Under the pieces are notes generated by a model. That model worked only from the letters and a program-made list of their open reading frames with translations. It did no database searches and was not told the origin of the DNA. From Alphaproteobacteria bacterium (GTDB taxonomy: Bacteria; Pseudomonadota; Alphaproteobacteria; SP197), in NCBI GenBank assembly GCA_964291265.2, contig OZ219747.1, positions 320,001-384,000 of the forward strand: a stretch of 64,000 nt of DNA. The letters run 5' to 3'. Positions 35,500-45,942 of this stretch are shown one piece after another (position 1 is the stretch's first letter; each line of letters begins with the position of its first letter). The translations under genes and the position numbers were made by a program.

Positions 35500-35740
35500 A
35501 GCTCGGCCGCAGCCCCCCTTCGGCGGCGGCGACGCCAGCAGCGGGCCAACCACCGCGAAGCGCAGCCGCGTCCAGGCGTCCCTGGCGTCCGTTGTTGATG
35601 CAGTTGTATTGGTCGACGAAGGCGTTCCACAGCTGCCACCCCTCGGTGGCGGTGACGGGCTCGACGCGAAGCGGGCGCCGTTCCGACAGCGGCGCCACGA
35701 TCTCCGGCTGCGGGTCGGAGCCAAGGTCCAGATAGGGAGA
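35500..35740 (-). pseudogene. DUF4338-like fragment
   Basis: PLRVEPV...QLWNAFVDQY then broken frame. Confidence 0.45.
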
Positions 35741-35744
35741 GATG

Positions 35745-36190
35745 TCATGTCGCGGAGACGTTCTCCTCTTCCAGCAGGCACCGGACCTGGTCGAGACCTT
35801 CCTCGAACCGGACAACGCTCTCCTCCATGTCGATACCGAACTGCTCGTCTTCTTGATGGAGGAAGGCCAGCGCGAAGCCGACATCGAGCCGGCCGCCCGA
35901 GATGACGTCGAGCATACCGATCTCGCCAGCCAGCTTGAGCGGATTGTTGAACACCGGCAGCACCGCGCCCGTCACAATTCGCGCGGTCCTGCTGCGCTGC
36001 GAGGCGGTGGCGAGGAAGATGATAGGGTGCGGGCTGTAGCCAATGGTGCAAGTAGTGCAAATAGTGCTCGACGAACCGCACGTGGCTGTACCCCGCGGCG
36101 GTGGCAGAGCCCGACCAGATCGAGCGATTCGGCGAGATATCGTTCCGCCGGCTTTTCGGTCGGCCGGACACCGAGAACTGCATGCCGTAC
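35745..36190 (-). pseudogene. LLM-class flavin monooxygenase remnant
   Basis: GYSHVRFVEHY and NPLKLAGEIGMLDVISGGRLDVGF in different frames. Confidence 0.75.
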
Positions 36191-36439
36191 TGCACCGATT
36201 CCTCCTGATCCTGACTCACCCCGCCGCATGTTACCCCAACCGGGGTTGAGATAACGCGCAGGGGGGATTGACGCGGCGGACGGGCTTCGGACATATCTGC
36301 GCGCGAATGCGCCAAACTGGCTGGCCCCCCCCAACGGATCGCTACCAGACCTGCGAATCACGTCATGCGTACGCGCGCCAGAGGTTCCTCTGCAGCCCGC
36401 CAAAGCGCGGTCCGCTCTTCCCCTGACAGAGCGTTATTG

Positions 36440-36558
36440 CAAGCCGCAAGGCGTCCAGATCGATTGTTCGGACCGATGAACACCGCCGTCTCGTCCAGGT
36501 TGAGGAGGAGATGACGAATTGACCGGAAACTCCGGATCTCGATCCGCGCCAGGCGCAT
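36440..36558 (-). pseudogene. OLD/ABC-ATPase nuclease N-terminal remnant
   Basis: MRLARIEIRSFRSI...FIGPNNRSG, broken at Walker A. Confidence 0.6.
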
Positions 36559-36703
36559 TCCGCTGGGCGCCTCCATGATTCGGTTCCATGGGACGTCCCA
36601 TCGTCGCCGAGCAGTAGCCGCACTAGCCAGGCGAGGAGACCGCGCCAGGCTCTTCTCCGCAATTGGCACCTCTCCACGCCCTGGATGGACGGGCTTCGGT
36701 CGC

Positions 36704-37162
36704 TCACTCCCGCGCAAGCGACGACTGGATGCAGTGGAAGTCCTCGATCACGGTCGGGAGGTTGATACCGGCATGGCGCAGGTCGCCATGCGCGACGTGA
36801 TTGCGGACTTCGTAAAGCTCCAGGGTTCTCTTCCATACGTTGCTGCTCCGGTCGAGCACGAGCGTCAGACGGTTCCTGAAGCTCAGCCTGAGATTGTTCT
36901 CGTCGTAGACGCTCCACGCCCGCCGGTGCCGCCAGTCCTCATGCGATTTCCCGAGACGGATCGCGTCGCGACAGGCATCATCTATCTCCGCTTCCAACTG
37001 CCCCCAGGCCAGCACGAAATACGCCTGCTCGTTCAGTTTCTGCTGGCGTTCGACACGGTCGCGCTCATCGGCCTCGCCGGCCGCTTCATGCTGCTCACGC
37101 AAGTCTTCGAGTGAATTGTCGACCTGCTGGAACAGGGCGGCAATGGCATCCAGATCGGTCAC
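36704..37162 (-). CDS. Putative HEPN-domain protein (152 aa)
   Basis: Helical protein with LE near N-half and RNHVAH (RX4H) motif; GTG start overlaps upstream TGA. Confidence 0.6.
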   Translation of the reverse strand: MTDLDAIAALFQQVDNSLEDLREQHEAAGEADERDRVERQQKLNEQAYFVLAWGQLEAEIDDACRDAIRLGKSHEDWRHRRAWSVYDENNLRLSFRNRLTLVLDRSSNVWKRTLELYEVRNHVAHGDLRHAGINLPTVIEDFHCIQSSLARE

Positions 37163-37596
37163 CGCAGGACGCGCTTCAGCCAGTCTTCGCTGACCGTCTC
37201 GCGCGCGCACCGATGCTCGGCAGGCGCAGCCTGCCAGTCGGGCGCCTTGAAATTCTCGGACATGTCGACCATCAGATAGCGGCGCCCGCCCCGCTTCATA
37301 TCCACGCGGCCGTTGCTGCCGATGATCCACAGTCCGCGCGGAACGAGCCTGGCCTGATGGCCCGCGCGGTCCCGGAGATCAAGCGTCGGCATCCGCTTCG
37401 CAGCGACGCCGAACTTGCGCATCAGCTCCTCGTGCATGACGACCGGCGCGCCCTGACGAGCCTCCCACCCGTCCGGCAACCAGTCGCCGATTGCAGAGTA
37501 GAGCCCGTTCAGCCGCTCTTCCCAGTCATCGACGCGTCGGCGTATGTGCTGCACGTCGATGGTGTCGCTTGTAACGTCTTCGAGAACCGTGCCCAT
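37159..37596 (-). CDS. Hypothetical protein (145 aa)
   Basis: Protein-like composition, P.GLWIIG.NGRVD motif, upstream TTGAAA-17-TAGAAA (37694-37666), coupled to next gene. Confidence 0.7.
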   Translation of the reverse strand: MGTVLEDVTSDTIDVQHIRRRVDDWEERLNGLYSAIGDWLPDGWEARQGAPVVMHEELMRKFGVAAKRMPTLDLRDRAGHQARLVPRGLWIIGSNGRVDMKRGGRRYLMVDMSENFKAPDWQAAPAEHRCARETVSEDWLKRVLR

Positions 37597-37861
37597 CGAA
37601 CCGTTCCGCCCTGCCGCTCGCCCGGTCAGCCCTTCATGATCCACGCTGTGGCGACTCTTGGACACTTTCTATTGAGCGGCGGAAGGCGTTTCAACCTGAA
37701 ACGGGCAGTTGGAAGGCGCGATTGCGCTCTCGGCTGGGTTCAACGATCGGTTTTCGGGGCCGGTTTCAGTACGCGGGTACGCGGACACGATCTTGGGTGG
37801 GGGTGGTTCGGTCGATGGCTTTTCGCCGGCTTGACACAACCTGGCCGAGAGGACCTTCCGG

Positions 37862-38283
37862 GGTGACCGCGAGAAAGCTGAGCTTCGGCTCCGACAGCGA
37901 GGAGGACGCCGCCTTCACCGCCATCATGGACTCGCTCATCGGCACCCTTGCCATGAACGGCATCCATGTTCGGCGCTGGCTTCATGAGTGGCTTGATGCC
38001 TGCGCGCAGAACGGCGGCAAGCCGCCGGATGACCTCGATGCGTGGCTGCCATGGTCGATGAGCCCGGAGCGCCGACGGGACCTCATGGAACCGGGGTGAT
38101 CGCGTACCGCTACTGGGGCCGTGACGTCACCGCGCGCGAGATGGCGCTGTTGCGCTCCCTGATCACCCAGCACCCCACCCGTGCGGCCATCGCCCGCGCC
38201 TTCTGCCGCGAGACCGGCTGGCGCAAGACCGACCGTGGCCTCAAGGACATGACGGCGAGGACCGCCTTGCTGGCCATGCACAC
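37862..38283 (+). mobile_element. Internal fragment of the IS66-type element (tnpC 3' end + DUF4338 5' end)
   Basis: Highly similar to the reverse complement of ~54975-55393. Confidence 0.85.
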
Positions 38284-38715
38284 CAATCCCTCAACGGATG
38301 GCCCGCCGCCGCACAGAACATCGTCCCGCGCGCCACCTCCATCGGATGGACCCCTGTCGCGCTCCTCATCGAGGACGTGCATCGTTCCACCGAGAATGGC
38401 GCAGTCCACCTGGCTGACATCGGGAAGCACACCCCCGCGGCAGATGTCGCCAGCGCTATCGTGCCATGTCACGATCCAGTCCCTTGTCGATCCCTGGGAA
38501 ACAGATGCTGCGGTCGAGCGCCGGATCGTGCTGATCTCGCTCACCGAACATCGAAATGAACAAGAGGCTCCACGCCATCGACCCGTCTCCGTGAACGCTC
38601 GTGCCCGATGTTGCTACGCTATCTGCAGGCGCCCTCCCGCGGCAACGGGCTTTACAGCGGTCGCGCCCACTTCGTACTCTTGGTTCCTTCCGGGCGGCGA
38701 GGTGGACGAGACCAG

Positions 38716-39885
38716 GTGAATGCGAACCTTGATGCGGCCGTCGACATTCTCTCCCGCCTGGTCGCGTGCCCGAGCGTGTCGGGAAGGCCCAACCACGACA
38801 TCGTCGGCATCGTCAGGGACGTTCTGGAGACCCAGGGGATCCCCTGTTCGTTGAGTTTCGATGAGTCGGGGGAACGGGCCAACGTCTTCGCCACCATCGG
38901 GCCATCGAGGGACGGAGGTGTCGTGCTGTGCGGTCACATGGACGTGGTGCCCGTCGAAGGTCAGCAGTGGAAGACCGATCCCTTCCGGATGACGCGGGTC
39001 GACGATCGGCTCCATGGCCGCGGTACGGTCGACATGAAGGGTTTCCTTGCCTGCGTCCTGGCATCGGTTCCGGCGTGGCAGACGATGGACCTCTCGCGGC
39101 CTGTCCACGTTGCCTTCACCTACGACGAGGAGATCGGCGGGTTCGGCATGCCTGTGCTGCTGCAGGACATGGCGAGGAGGGACTTCCGCCCAGGCATCGT
39201 CATCGTCGGGGAACCGACGGGCATGAAGATTGTCTCGGGCCACAAGGGGGCCGTCGAACTCCATACCCTCGTCACGGGCCTCGAGGCCCATTCGTGCAAC
39301 CCCTGCAACGGCGTCAACGCGATCGCCTACGCCATGCGCCTCATCAGCCGCATCGAGGAGCACGCCCGCAGGTGCGCCGCCGATCCTGTCGCGGAATCGC
39401 CTTACGATCCGCCGTTTCCAACGCTCAATGTCGGCAGGATCAACGGGGGAACGGCGCGCAACATCACGTCAGGATGGTGTGAATTCGACTGGGAGGTCCG
39501 CATGCTTCCGGGAGATGACGGGATGGACTTCGTCGATGACATACGCCGCTACTGCGAACGGCAACTCGTTCCGGAAATGCGCGTTCGCTGCCCCGAGGCC
39601 GATATCGTGACCACCATCGAGGCCCGTGTTCCGGGTCTCGATGACCGCCACGCCGGCGACGCGATCGATTTCGTCCGAAGCCTGACCGGGCTCAACAGCG
39701 CAGAGGTCGTCTCCTTCGGCACGGACGCCGGGTACTTCAGCGAAGCGGCGTACTCGACCATCGTCTTCGGGCCCGGCAGCATCGAGCGCGCCCACAAGCC
39801 GGACGAGTACATCGAACTCGGTGAATTGGCCGAAGGGCTCGCATTTCTCGAGAAGGTGGGACGTCGGCTGGTGCGTTCCTTGTGA
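38716..39885 (+). CDS. argE: Acetylornithine deacetylase-like M20 amidohydrolase
   Basis: GHMDVVP, GRGTVDMKG, DEEIG, GEPT, AHKPDE. Confidence 0.85.
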   Translation: MNANLDAAVDILSRLVACPSVSGRPNHDIVGIVRDVLETQGIPCSLSFDESGERANVFATIGPSRDGGVVLCGHMDVVPVEGQQWKTDPFRMTRVDDRLHGRGTVDMKGFLACVLASVPAWQTMDLSRPVHVAFTYDEEIGGFGMPVLLQDMARRDFRPGIVIVGEPTGMKIVSGHKGAVELHTLVTGLEAHSCNPCNGVNAIAYAMRLISRIEEHARRCAADPVAESPYDPPFPTLNVGRINGGTARNITSGWCEFDWEVRMLPGDDGMDFVDDIRRYCERQLVPEMRVRCPEADIVTTIEARVPGLDDRHAGDAIDFVRSLTGLNSAEVVSFGTDAGYFSEAAYSTIVFGPGSIERAHKPDEYIELGELAEGLAFLEKVGRRLVRSL

Positions 39886-39946
39886 GGGGAGCGGCCCCGT
39901 GCCAGAGTACCGCACGTTTCAACCGACAATGGGGAGATCCTTCATC

Positions 39947-40801
39947 ATGAGATTCATGACATGGTCGTATGCGGCGGTCGCCGCGAGCCTTGTCCTGACC
40001 CACTGGTCAACGCAGGTCCAGGCGGATGAGCATACGCTCCTCGAAAGGGCAATGGCCGGCGAAGCCGTGCGCATCGGCTTCGCCAACGAGGTCCCGTGGG
40101 CCTATCCCGGCGAGGACAACGAGCCGCTTGGTTTCGTCAATGCCATCGCCACCGGTATCCTGACCGAGATGGGAGTCACCGACATCGAACCGGTGGTCAC
40201 CGACTGGGGCGGCCTGATTCCCGGGCTCAACGCCAATCGGTTCGATATCATCACCGGCGGCATGTACATTCTCGGCAGCCGCTGCGAGAACGTGACGTTC
40301 TCCGAACCGATCGGCGTGTTCGGCGATGCCTTCATCGTCGCGGCAGGCAACCCGAAGGGGATTCAGACCTACGAGGACATCCGCGACATGGGAGCGACGA
40401 TCGTCACGGGAGCGGGCTACAACATCGTTGAAGTCGCCAAGAAACAGGGCATCGACGACTCCAGCATCATGCAGGTTCCCGGCCCCACGGAGATCCTTGC
40501 CGCGGTCCGCGCCGGCCGTGCCGACGCCGGCGGCGTGACGTTCTTCACGGCACGCACCCTCGCCGCGGAGAGCGAAGGCGAAATCGACATCACCGATCCA
40601 TCCCTCCTTCCGGAATGGACCTTCAACTGGGTCGGAATAGCGTTCCGTCACGAAGACACCGATTTCGTCGCGGCGTTCAACGATGCGCTGGCGTCCTGGG
40701 TCGGTTCGGACGAGATGATGGCCGCCGTGGCCGAGTACGGTTACACGGCATCCCAACTGCCCGGCGAAGGCAGAACGGAGTATGCCTGCGCCAACCGCTG
40801 A
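39947..40801 (+). CDS. ehuB: Ectoine/hydroxyectoine-type ABC substrate-binding protein
   Basis: IGFANEVPWAY, WGGLIPGL..RFD, RC..V.FSEP, GNPK. Confidence 0.8.
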   Translation: MRFMTWSYAAVAASLVLTHWSTQVQADEHTLLERAMAGEAVRIGFANEVPWAYPGEDNEPLGFVNAIATGILTEMGVTDIEPVVTDWGGLIPGLNANRFDIITGGMYILGSRCENVTFSEPIGVFGDAFIVAAGNPKGIQTYEDIRDMGATIVTGAGYNIVEVAKKQGIDDSSIMQVPGPTEILAAVRAGRADAGGVTFFTARTLAAESEGEIDITDPSLLPEWTFNWVGIAFRHEDTDFVAAFNDALASWVGSDEMMAAVAEYGYTASQLPGEGRTEYACANR

Positions 40802-40890
40802 ACGTCAGACTGCAGCATGTTCGATCCAGGGCCTCCCGGCCGTTGTCCCGGTCGGGAGGCCCTGGATCGTGAATCCGGCGGGCACTCCTG

Positions 40891-41568
40891 ATGGAGCGCT
40901 ATCTCGATTTTCTGGTGGAGTACGGCCCGCGCTTCATCGACGGGACCATCGTCACCGTCCAGCAAACCGTGCTCGCCGCCTTGCTGGCGGTTGCCATCGC
41001 CCTCCTGATGGGGCTGATGAAGCTCTCGAAGCTGGTCCTCGTCCGCTCCGTTGCCACCACCTACATCGAGATCTTCCGGGGAACGTCCCTCCTCATCCAG
41101 CTGTTCTGGATCTTCTTCGTGCTGCCGCTGTTTGGCCTCACCCTGGACAAGTTCTCCGCGGGCTTCATCGCGGTTGGCATGAATCTCGGCGCCTACGGAG
41201 CCGAAGTCGTCCGCGGCGCCATCATCTCGGTTCCGCGCGGCCAGTACGAAGTCGCCATCGCGCTCAATCTCTCCCCCTACAAGCGCATGATCAGGATCAT
41301 CCTGCCACAGGCCCTGCTCGCCATGCTGCCACCCTGGGGCAACCTCTTCATCGAGCTTCTCAAGGGAACGGCCCTGGTGGCGCTCATCTCGGTCACCGAC
41401 CTCATGTTCGAGGCGCGCCAGATCAACGGCTCGACCTTCCTTTCCGCCGAGGCATTCGGCACGGCGCTCATCATCTACTACCTCCTGGCACGGCTGCTGA
41501 TATCGCCATCGATGCTGGCCCTCGAGAGATTCATGGCGCGCAAGATGGGCCGGAGCACCGGAGGATAG
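40891..41568 (+). CDS. ehuC: Ectoine-type ABC permease
   Basis: FRGTSLLIQLFW, GAYGAEVVRG. Confidence 0.8.
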   Translation: MERYLDFLVEYGPRFIDGTIVTVQQTVLAALLAVAIALLMGLMKLSKLVLVRSVATTYIEIFRGTSLLIQLFWIFFVLPLFGLTLDKFSAGFIAVGMNLGAYGAEVVRGAIISVPRGQYEVAIALNLSPYKRMIRIILPQALLAMLPPWGNLFIELLKGTALVALISVTDLMFEARQINGSTFLSAEAFGTALIIYYLLARLLISPSMLALERFMARKMGRSTGG

Positions 41569-41571
41569 GCC

Positions 41572-42240
41572 ATGTTCGACTGGAAATGGGACTTCACCTT
41601 CGAAATCCTGCCGCGCCTCCTTCTGGCCACCACCAATACCCTGCTCGCCGCCGGGGTCGGCTACGCCATCGCCCTCGTGGTCGGACTGGCCCTCGCACTG
41701 GGACAGCGCACGTCCATCACACTTCTCTCGGTCGCCCTGCGCGAATGCGTCGAGTTCATCCGCTCCACTCCGCTGGTCCTGCAGATCTTCTTCGTCTTCT
41801 ACGTCGGGCCGCAGGTGGGCGTGACGCTCTCTCCCTGGACCGCCGGCATGATCGCCATCGGCCTGCACTACGCCGCGTACCTTTCCGAAGTCTACCGGGC
41901 GGGGCTCGACAGCGTTCCGAAGGGACAATGGGAAGCCTGCAAGGCTCTGAACCTGTCGACCGGGAGAAGCTATTTCAGGATCATCATTCCCCAGGCGCTG
42001 CCACCCGCGATCCCGGGCATGGGGAACTACCTTGTCGGCATCTTCAAGGATACGCCGATGCTCTCGGTGATCGGGGTGGCCGAGCTCCTTCACGCCGCCA
42101 ATGCTGTCGGCTCCGAAACCTACCGCTTCCTCGAACCCTATACCCTGGTCGGCATCATCTTCCTCGCCGTTTCCCTGCCTGCGGCATTCGGTCTAAGAAG
42201 GTTCGAGACATGGACACGGCGCATGCTCGGTGTCGATTGA
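41572..42240 (+). CDS. ehuD: Ectoine-type ABC permease
   Basis: W.WDF, IRSTPL, GLHYAAYLSEVYR, FKDTP, RFLEP. Confidence 0.8.
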   Translation: MFDWKWDFTFEILPRLLLATTNTLLAAGVGYAIALVVGLALALGQRTSITLLSVALRECVEFIRSTPLVLQIFFVFYVGPQVGVTLSPWTAGMIAIGLHYAAYLSEVYRAGLDSVPKGQWEACKALNLSTGRSYFRIIIPQALPPAIPGMGNYLVGIFKDTPMLSVIGVAELLHAANAVGSETYRFLEPYTLVGIIFLAVSLPAAFGLRRFETWTRRMLGVD

Positions 42241-42265
42241 CCGGCCGTCGGGACAGGACAGAGTC

Positions 42266-43078
42266 ATGGACCACAATAGCCATCCCCTCCGGCTGAAGGA
42301 AACCGATCCACCTGCGGTACGGTTCTCCAGGGTGTCCAAGCGTTACGGCGATCTCACCGTGCTCGATTCACTCGATCTCGACATCGCAGCCAACGAGATC
42401 GTCTCGATCATCGGACCGTCCGGCTCGGGCAAGACCACGGTCCTGCGCGTCCTGATGACTCTCGAACCCATCGATGACGGTGTCATCTATCTTCATGGTC
42501 GGCCGCTCACCCACATGGAAAGGGACGGAATCCTTGTCGGAGCCAGCGGCGCGCATCTCAGGAAGATGCGATCGGACATCGGCATGGTGTTCCAGCACTT
42601 CAATCTCTTTCCTCACATGACCGTGCTCGAGAACTGCATGGAGGCCCCCGTGCAGTCGCTGGGTCTCGGCAAGGACGAGGCGCGGGAGCGCTCCATGGAA
42701 CTCCTGACCATGGTGGGCATTGCCGACAAGGCGGGCCAGCATCCATCGCGCCTCTCCGGCGGTCAGCAGCAACGCGTCGCCATCGCCCGGGCGCTTGCCA
42801 TGCGGCCGAAGGTCATGCTCTTCGACGAGGTCACCTCGGCCCTCGACCCGGAGGTGATCGGCGAGGTTCTCAACGTCATTCGCCAGCTCGCTAGGGAACA
42901 TGACCTGACCATGATCATCGTGACGCACCAGATGGGATTTGCCCGCGAAATCTCTGATCGCGTATGCTTCTTCTACGAGGGCAGGATTGCCGAACAGGGA
43001 CCGCCGGACCAGCTGATCGGAAACCCGCGGAATGAACGCACAAGGATGTTTCTCAGCGCCGTGCTCGACGCGGATTGA
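42266..43078 (+). CDS. ehuA: Ectoine-type ABC ATP-binding protein
   Basis: GPSGSGKTT.LR.LMTLE, LSGGQQQR, FDEVTSALDPE. Confidence 0.85.
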   Translation: MDHNSHPLRLKETDPPAVRFSRVSKRYGDLTVLDSLDLDIAANEIVSIIGPSGSGKTTVLRVLMTLEPIDDGVIYLHGRPLTHMERDGILVGASGAHLRKMRSDIGMVFQHFNLFPHMTVLENCMEAPVQSLGLGKDEARERSMELLTMVGIADKAGQHPSRLSGGQQQRVAIARALAMRPKVMLFDEVTSALDPEVIGEVLNVIRQLAREHDLTMIIVTHQMGFAREISDRVCFFYEGRIAEQGPPDQLIGNPRNERTRMFLSAVLDAD

Positions 43079-43085
43079 GGAGTTC

Positions 43086-43919
43086 ATGCCCGACTCGCCA
43101 CTGACGACCCCGGAGCAGCGCGCCGCCTACGAGGAAGACGGGGTGGTCTGCCTTCGCGAGGCTTTCGACCCTCGCTGGTTGGCCGTTGCTTCCGACGCCA
43201 TCGACCAGGGCATGACAAATCCCGGACCGATGTTCGTCGACTACTCGGCGGATACGAAACCCGGCACGTACTGCACGGATTTCTGGATCTGGCAGCGGGT
43301 GCCGGCGATGCGTGAGTTCATCTTCGAGTCACCTGCCGCCCGGATCTCCGGCGAACTCATGGACGTTGCTTCCGTGATGCTCGTGACCGACAACTGGCTC
43401 GTGCGCAGGGCCGGCGCCGTCAACCGGGCGCCCTGGCATCACGATGCACCGTACTTCGATCTCGACGGTACATGGTGCGTGCTGTGGATGGCCCTCGAGC
43501 CGATCGCCCGGGGCGAGGGCGTCACGTTTCTCAAGGGGTCCCATGCGTGGAACAGGCTCTTCATGCCGGAGAGTTTCGCGGGCACCGGACCGAAGGCCGA
43601 CCCCCACGGCATCTACGAGAGAACTCCCGACTTCTCCCGGCTGAGCGAGTGCGGCGACCGGGTCGACTACGCGCTCGAGCCCGGGGACTGCCTCGTCTTC
43701 GATTCGCACACGGTGCACGGCACGCCGGACACCGCGCCACCGCGGCACACCACGAGGCGGCTCACCATGCGCTTCGCCGACGGCAATGCCACCTATCGTC
43801 GACGGGGCCCCTGGACCCGCGACATGACGGATTTCCTGGAAGCTGAGTACGGACTCATCGAAGGCGGTCCCTTCCGATGCGAACTCCTGCCGATCCTGCG
43901 GGACCGGCGCCGTGACTGA
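43086..43919 (+). CDS. PhyH-family Fe(II)/2OG dioxygenase
   Basis: WHHD...KGSH...HTVHG...RR. Confidence 0.85.
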   Translation: MPDSPLTTPEQRAAYEEDGVVCLREAFDPRWLAVASDAIDQGMTNPGPMFVDYSADTKPGTYCTDFWIWQRVPAMREFIFESPAARISGELMDVASVMLVTDNWLVRRAGAVNRAPWHHDAPYFDLDGTWCVLWMALEPIARGEGVTFLKGSHAWNRLFMPESFAGTGPKADPHGIYERTPDFSRLSECGDRVDYALEPGDCLVFDSHTVHGTPDTAPPRHTTRRLTMRFADGNATYRRRGPWTRDMTDFLEAEYGLIEGGPFRCELLPILRDRRRD

Positions 43920-44727
43920 CAGGCGCCTGAACGAAGCGGCCCTCCGCTACAGGCGGGACGGCTACGCCTTTCCCTTCGATGCGATCGGCACGGCAAGGGC
44001 CAGCGAAGCGGCCACGCGCATCGAGGGGCTCCTGGAGACACCACCGGTGACCCTGCAGCACCCGTGGCGCATCAAGATGCACCTGCTCTGCGACTGGATC
44101 TTCGACCTCGCAACAGATGACGCCGTGCTCGACGGCGTCGAATCGGTCATCGGAACGGACATCCTTCTTCAGGCGGCCGATCTCTTCTGCAAGCCGCCCG
44201 GGGGACGGCAGCACATCAACTGGCACCAGGACGCCAACTACTGGAATCTCGAGCCCTTCGAGATCTGCACCGCATGGATCGCCCTCACCGACGCCCGTCC
44301 GGAGAACGGATGCATGCGTTTCATGGCGGGCAGCCACACGCGCGACAAGCTCTGTCACCGGGAAACGCTGTCCGAGGGAAGCGCCCTCACCCGCGGTCAG
44401 GAGATCGTCCTCGACATGGATGAATCGCGCGCTGTCCCGGTCATCCTCGACGCCGGAGAGATGTCGTTGCATCACTGTCTTCTTGCTCATGCATCCGGCA
44501 TCAACCGCACCGCATCGCCACGCATTGCCCTTGCGGTCCGTTACCTTCCCGCCCACGTGCGTCAGACCGCCGGACCGGCGTTGTCCACGATCCCGGTGCG
44601 CGGCCGGGACACCTGGCGGCATTTCACCCGCGATACACCGCCAGACGGCAGTTTCACGGCGCGCTCGATCGCCGCGCATGCAAGGGCCATGGCGCCCCAC
44701 GCGGCGTCGGGCTACGCCACAGCCTAG
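43912..44727 (+). CDS. PhyH-family Fe(II)/2OG dioxygenase
   Basis: WHQDANYW, ENGC, GSH, LAHAS..N...PR. Confidence 0.88.
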   Translation: MTDRRLNEAALRYRRDGYAFPFDAIGTARASEAATRIEGLLETPPVTLQHPWRIKMHLLCDWIFDLATDDAVLDGVESVIGTDILLQAADLFCKPPGGRQHINWHQDANYWNLEPFEICTAWIALTDARPENGCMRFMAGSHTRDKLCHRETLSEGSALTRGQEIVLDMDESRAVPVILDAGEMSLHHCLLAHASGINRTASPRIALAVRYLPAHVRQTAGPALSTIPVRGRDTWRHFTRDTPPDGSFTARSIAAHARAMAPHAASGYATA

Positions 44728-44736
44728 AAGAGCCTC

Positions 44737-45915
44737 ATGGTAGCAGCCGCTTTCGAAGAATCAGAGTACGCGCAACGCCGCGCCAGGGTCCGCCAGCGCA
44801 TGGACGAGGCCGGATTCGACCTTCTGATTTGTCAGGATCCGGCGAACATGCATTGGCTGACCGGCTTTGACGGCTGGTCGTTCTATACGCCGCAGGCCGT
44901 GCTGTTTCATCGTGATGAGCGGTTTCCGGTGTGGTTCGGCCGCGCCCAGGATGCCCTTTCCGCCGTCCTGACGACGGATCTTCCCGACGACAACATCGTG
45001 GCCTATTCCGAGCCCCTGGTTCACCATCCGGACGACCATCCCTTTGACGAGCTGTGTGAACTGATCAGGCAGCGCGGCTGGAGTTCCGCGCGCATCGGCG
45101 TCGAACTGGACGCCCACTACTACACGGCAAGAGCCCACCGGCATCTCGTCGACGGACTGGGCGGCGCCCGGATCTCCGACAACCGCGAACTGGTGAACTG
45201 GGCGCGGCTGGTCAAGTCGCCCGCGGAACTGTCGTACATGCGCGAGGCCGGCAGAATCGCGACACGGGTCATGGAAGGTGCACTGGAGCGCCTTCGACCG
45301 GGCGTGCGGCAGAAGGACATCATCGCGGACGTCTATCACGCACAGATCAGCGGTCTCGACGGGAGGCACGGCGACTACACCAGCCTCTGCCCGTTGATCC
45401 AGGTCGGGGAAGGCACGGCGACCCCGCACCTCACCTGGACATCCGATGCCCTGCCCGACGAGGGGCTTGTGGTCATGGAGCTGGCTGCGGCCCGCCGCCA
45501 CTACCATGCGCCGCTGACCCGGACGGCGCATCTCGGTACGCCGCCGCGTGACGTCGTCAGGCTCGCGGAAACGATCGTGGAGGGCGGAGATTCGGCGCTG
45601 GAGGCCGCTCGTCCCGGCGCGACATGCGCCGATGTGGAAGCCGTCTGGCAGGGCGTGCTGAACCGTCACGGCTACCGCAAGGAGAGTCGCGTGGGCTACT
45701 CGATCGGCCTTGGTTTTCCGCCCGACTGGGGAGAACGGACCGCCAGCCTGCGCCCCGGCGACGACACCGTCCTCGAGGTCGGCATGTGCTTCCACTTCCA
45801 GTCGGGCGTGTGGCTGGAGCGCTGCGGCGCCGCGATCTCCGAATCCTTCGTCGTCACCGCCGACGGGGGCGAGCGTCTCTGTGACGTCGAGCGCGCGATC
45901 CGCGTCGTTGCCTGA
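44737..45915 (+). CDS. M24-fold hydrolase, ectoine hydrolase DoeA/EutD-like
   Basis: DPANMHWLTGFDGWSFY, LVNWAR, PHLTW, GYSIG..FPPDWGERT. Confidence 0.85.
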   Translation: MVAAAFEESEYAQRRARVRQRMDEAGFDLLICQDPANMHWLTGFDGWSFYTPQAVLFHRDERFPVWFGRAQDALSAVLTTDLPDDNIVAYSEPLVHHPDDHPFDELCELIRQRGWSSARIGVELDAHYYTARAHRHLVDGLGGARISDNRELVNWARLVKSPAELSYMREAGRIATRVMEGALERLRPGVRQKDIIADVYHAQISGLDGRHGDYTSLCPLIQVGEGTATPHLTWTSDALPDEGLVVMELAAARRHYHAPLTRTAHLGTPPRDVVRLAETIVEGGDSALEAARPGATCADVEAVWQGVLNRHGYRKESRVGYSIGLGFPPDWGERTASLRPGDDTVLEVGMCFHFQSGVWLERCGAAISESFVVTADGGERLCDVERAIRVVA

Positions 45916-45942
45916 CAGGCCAGCGACACACGGGAGACCGGC

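Noticed and set aside
38290-38600. Possible glutamine amidotransferase remnant (LPDVSQVDCAILGGTM)
   Set aside because: Too short and degraded to support a call
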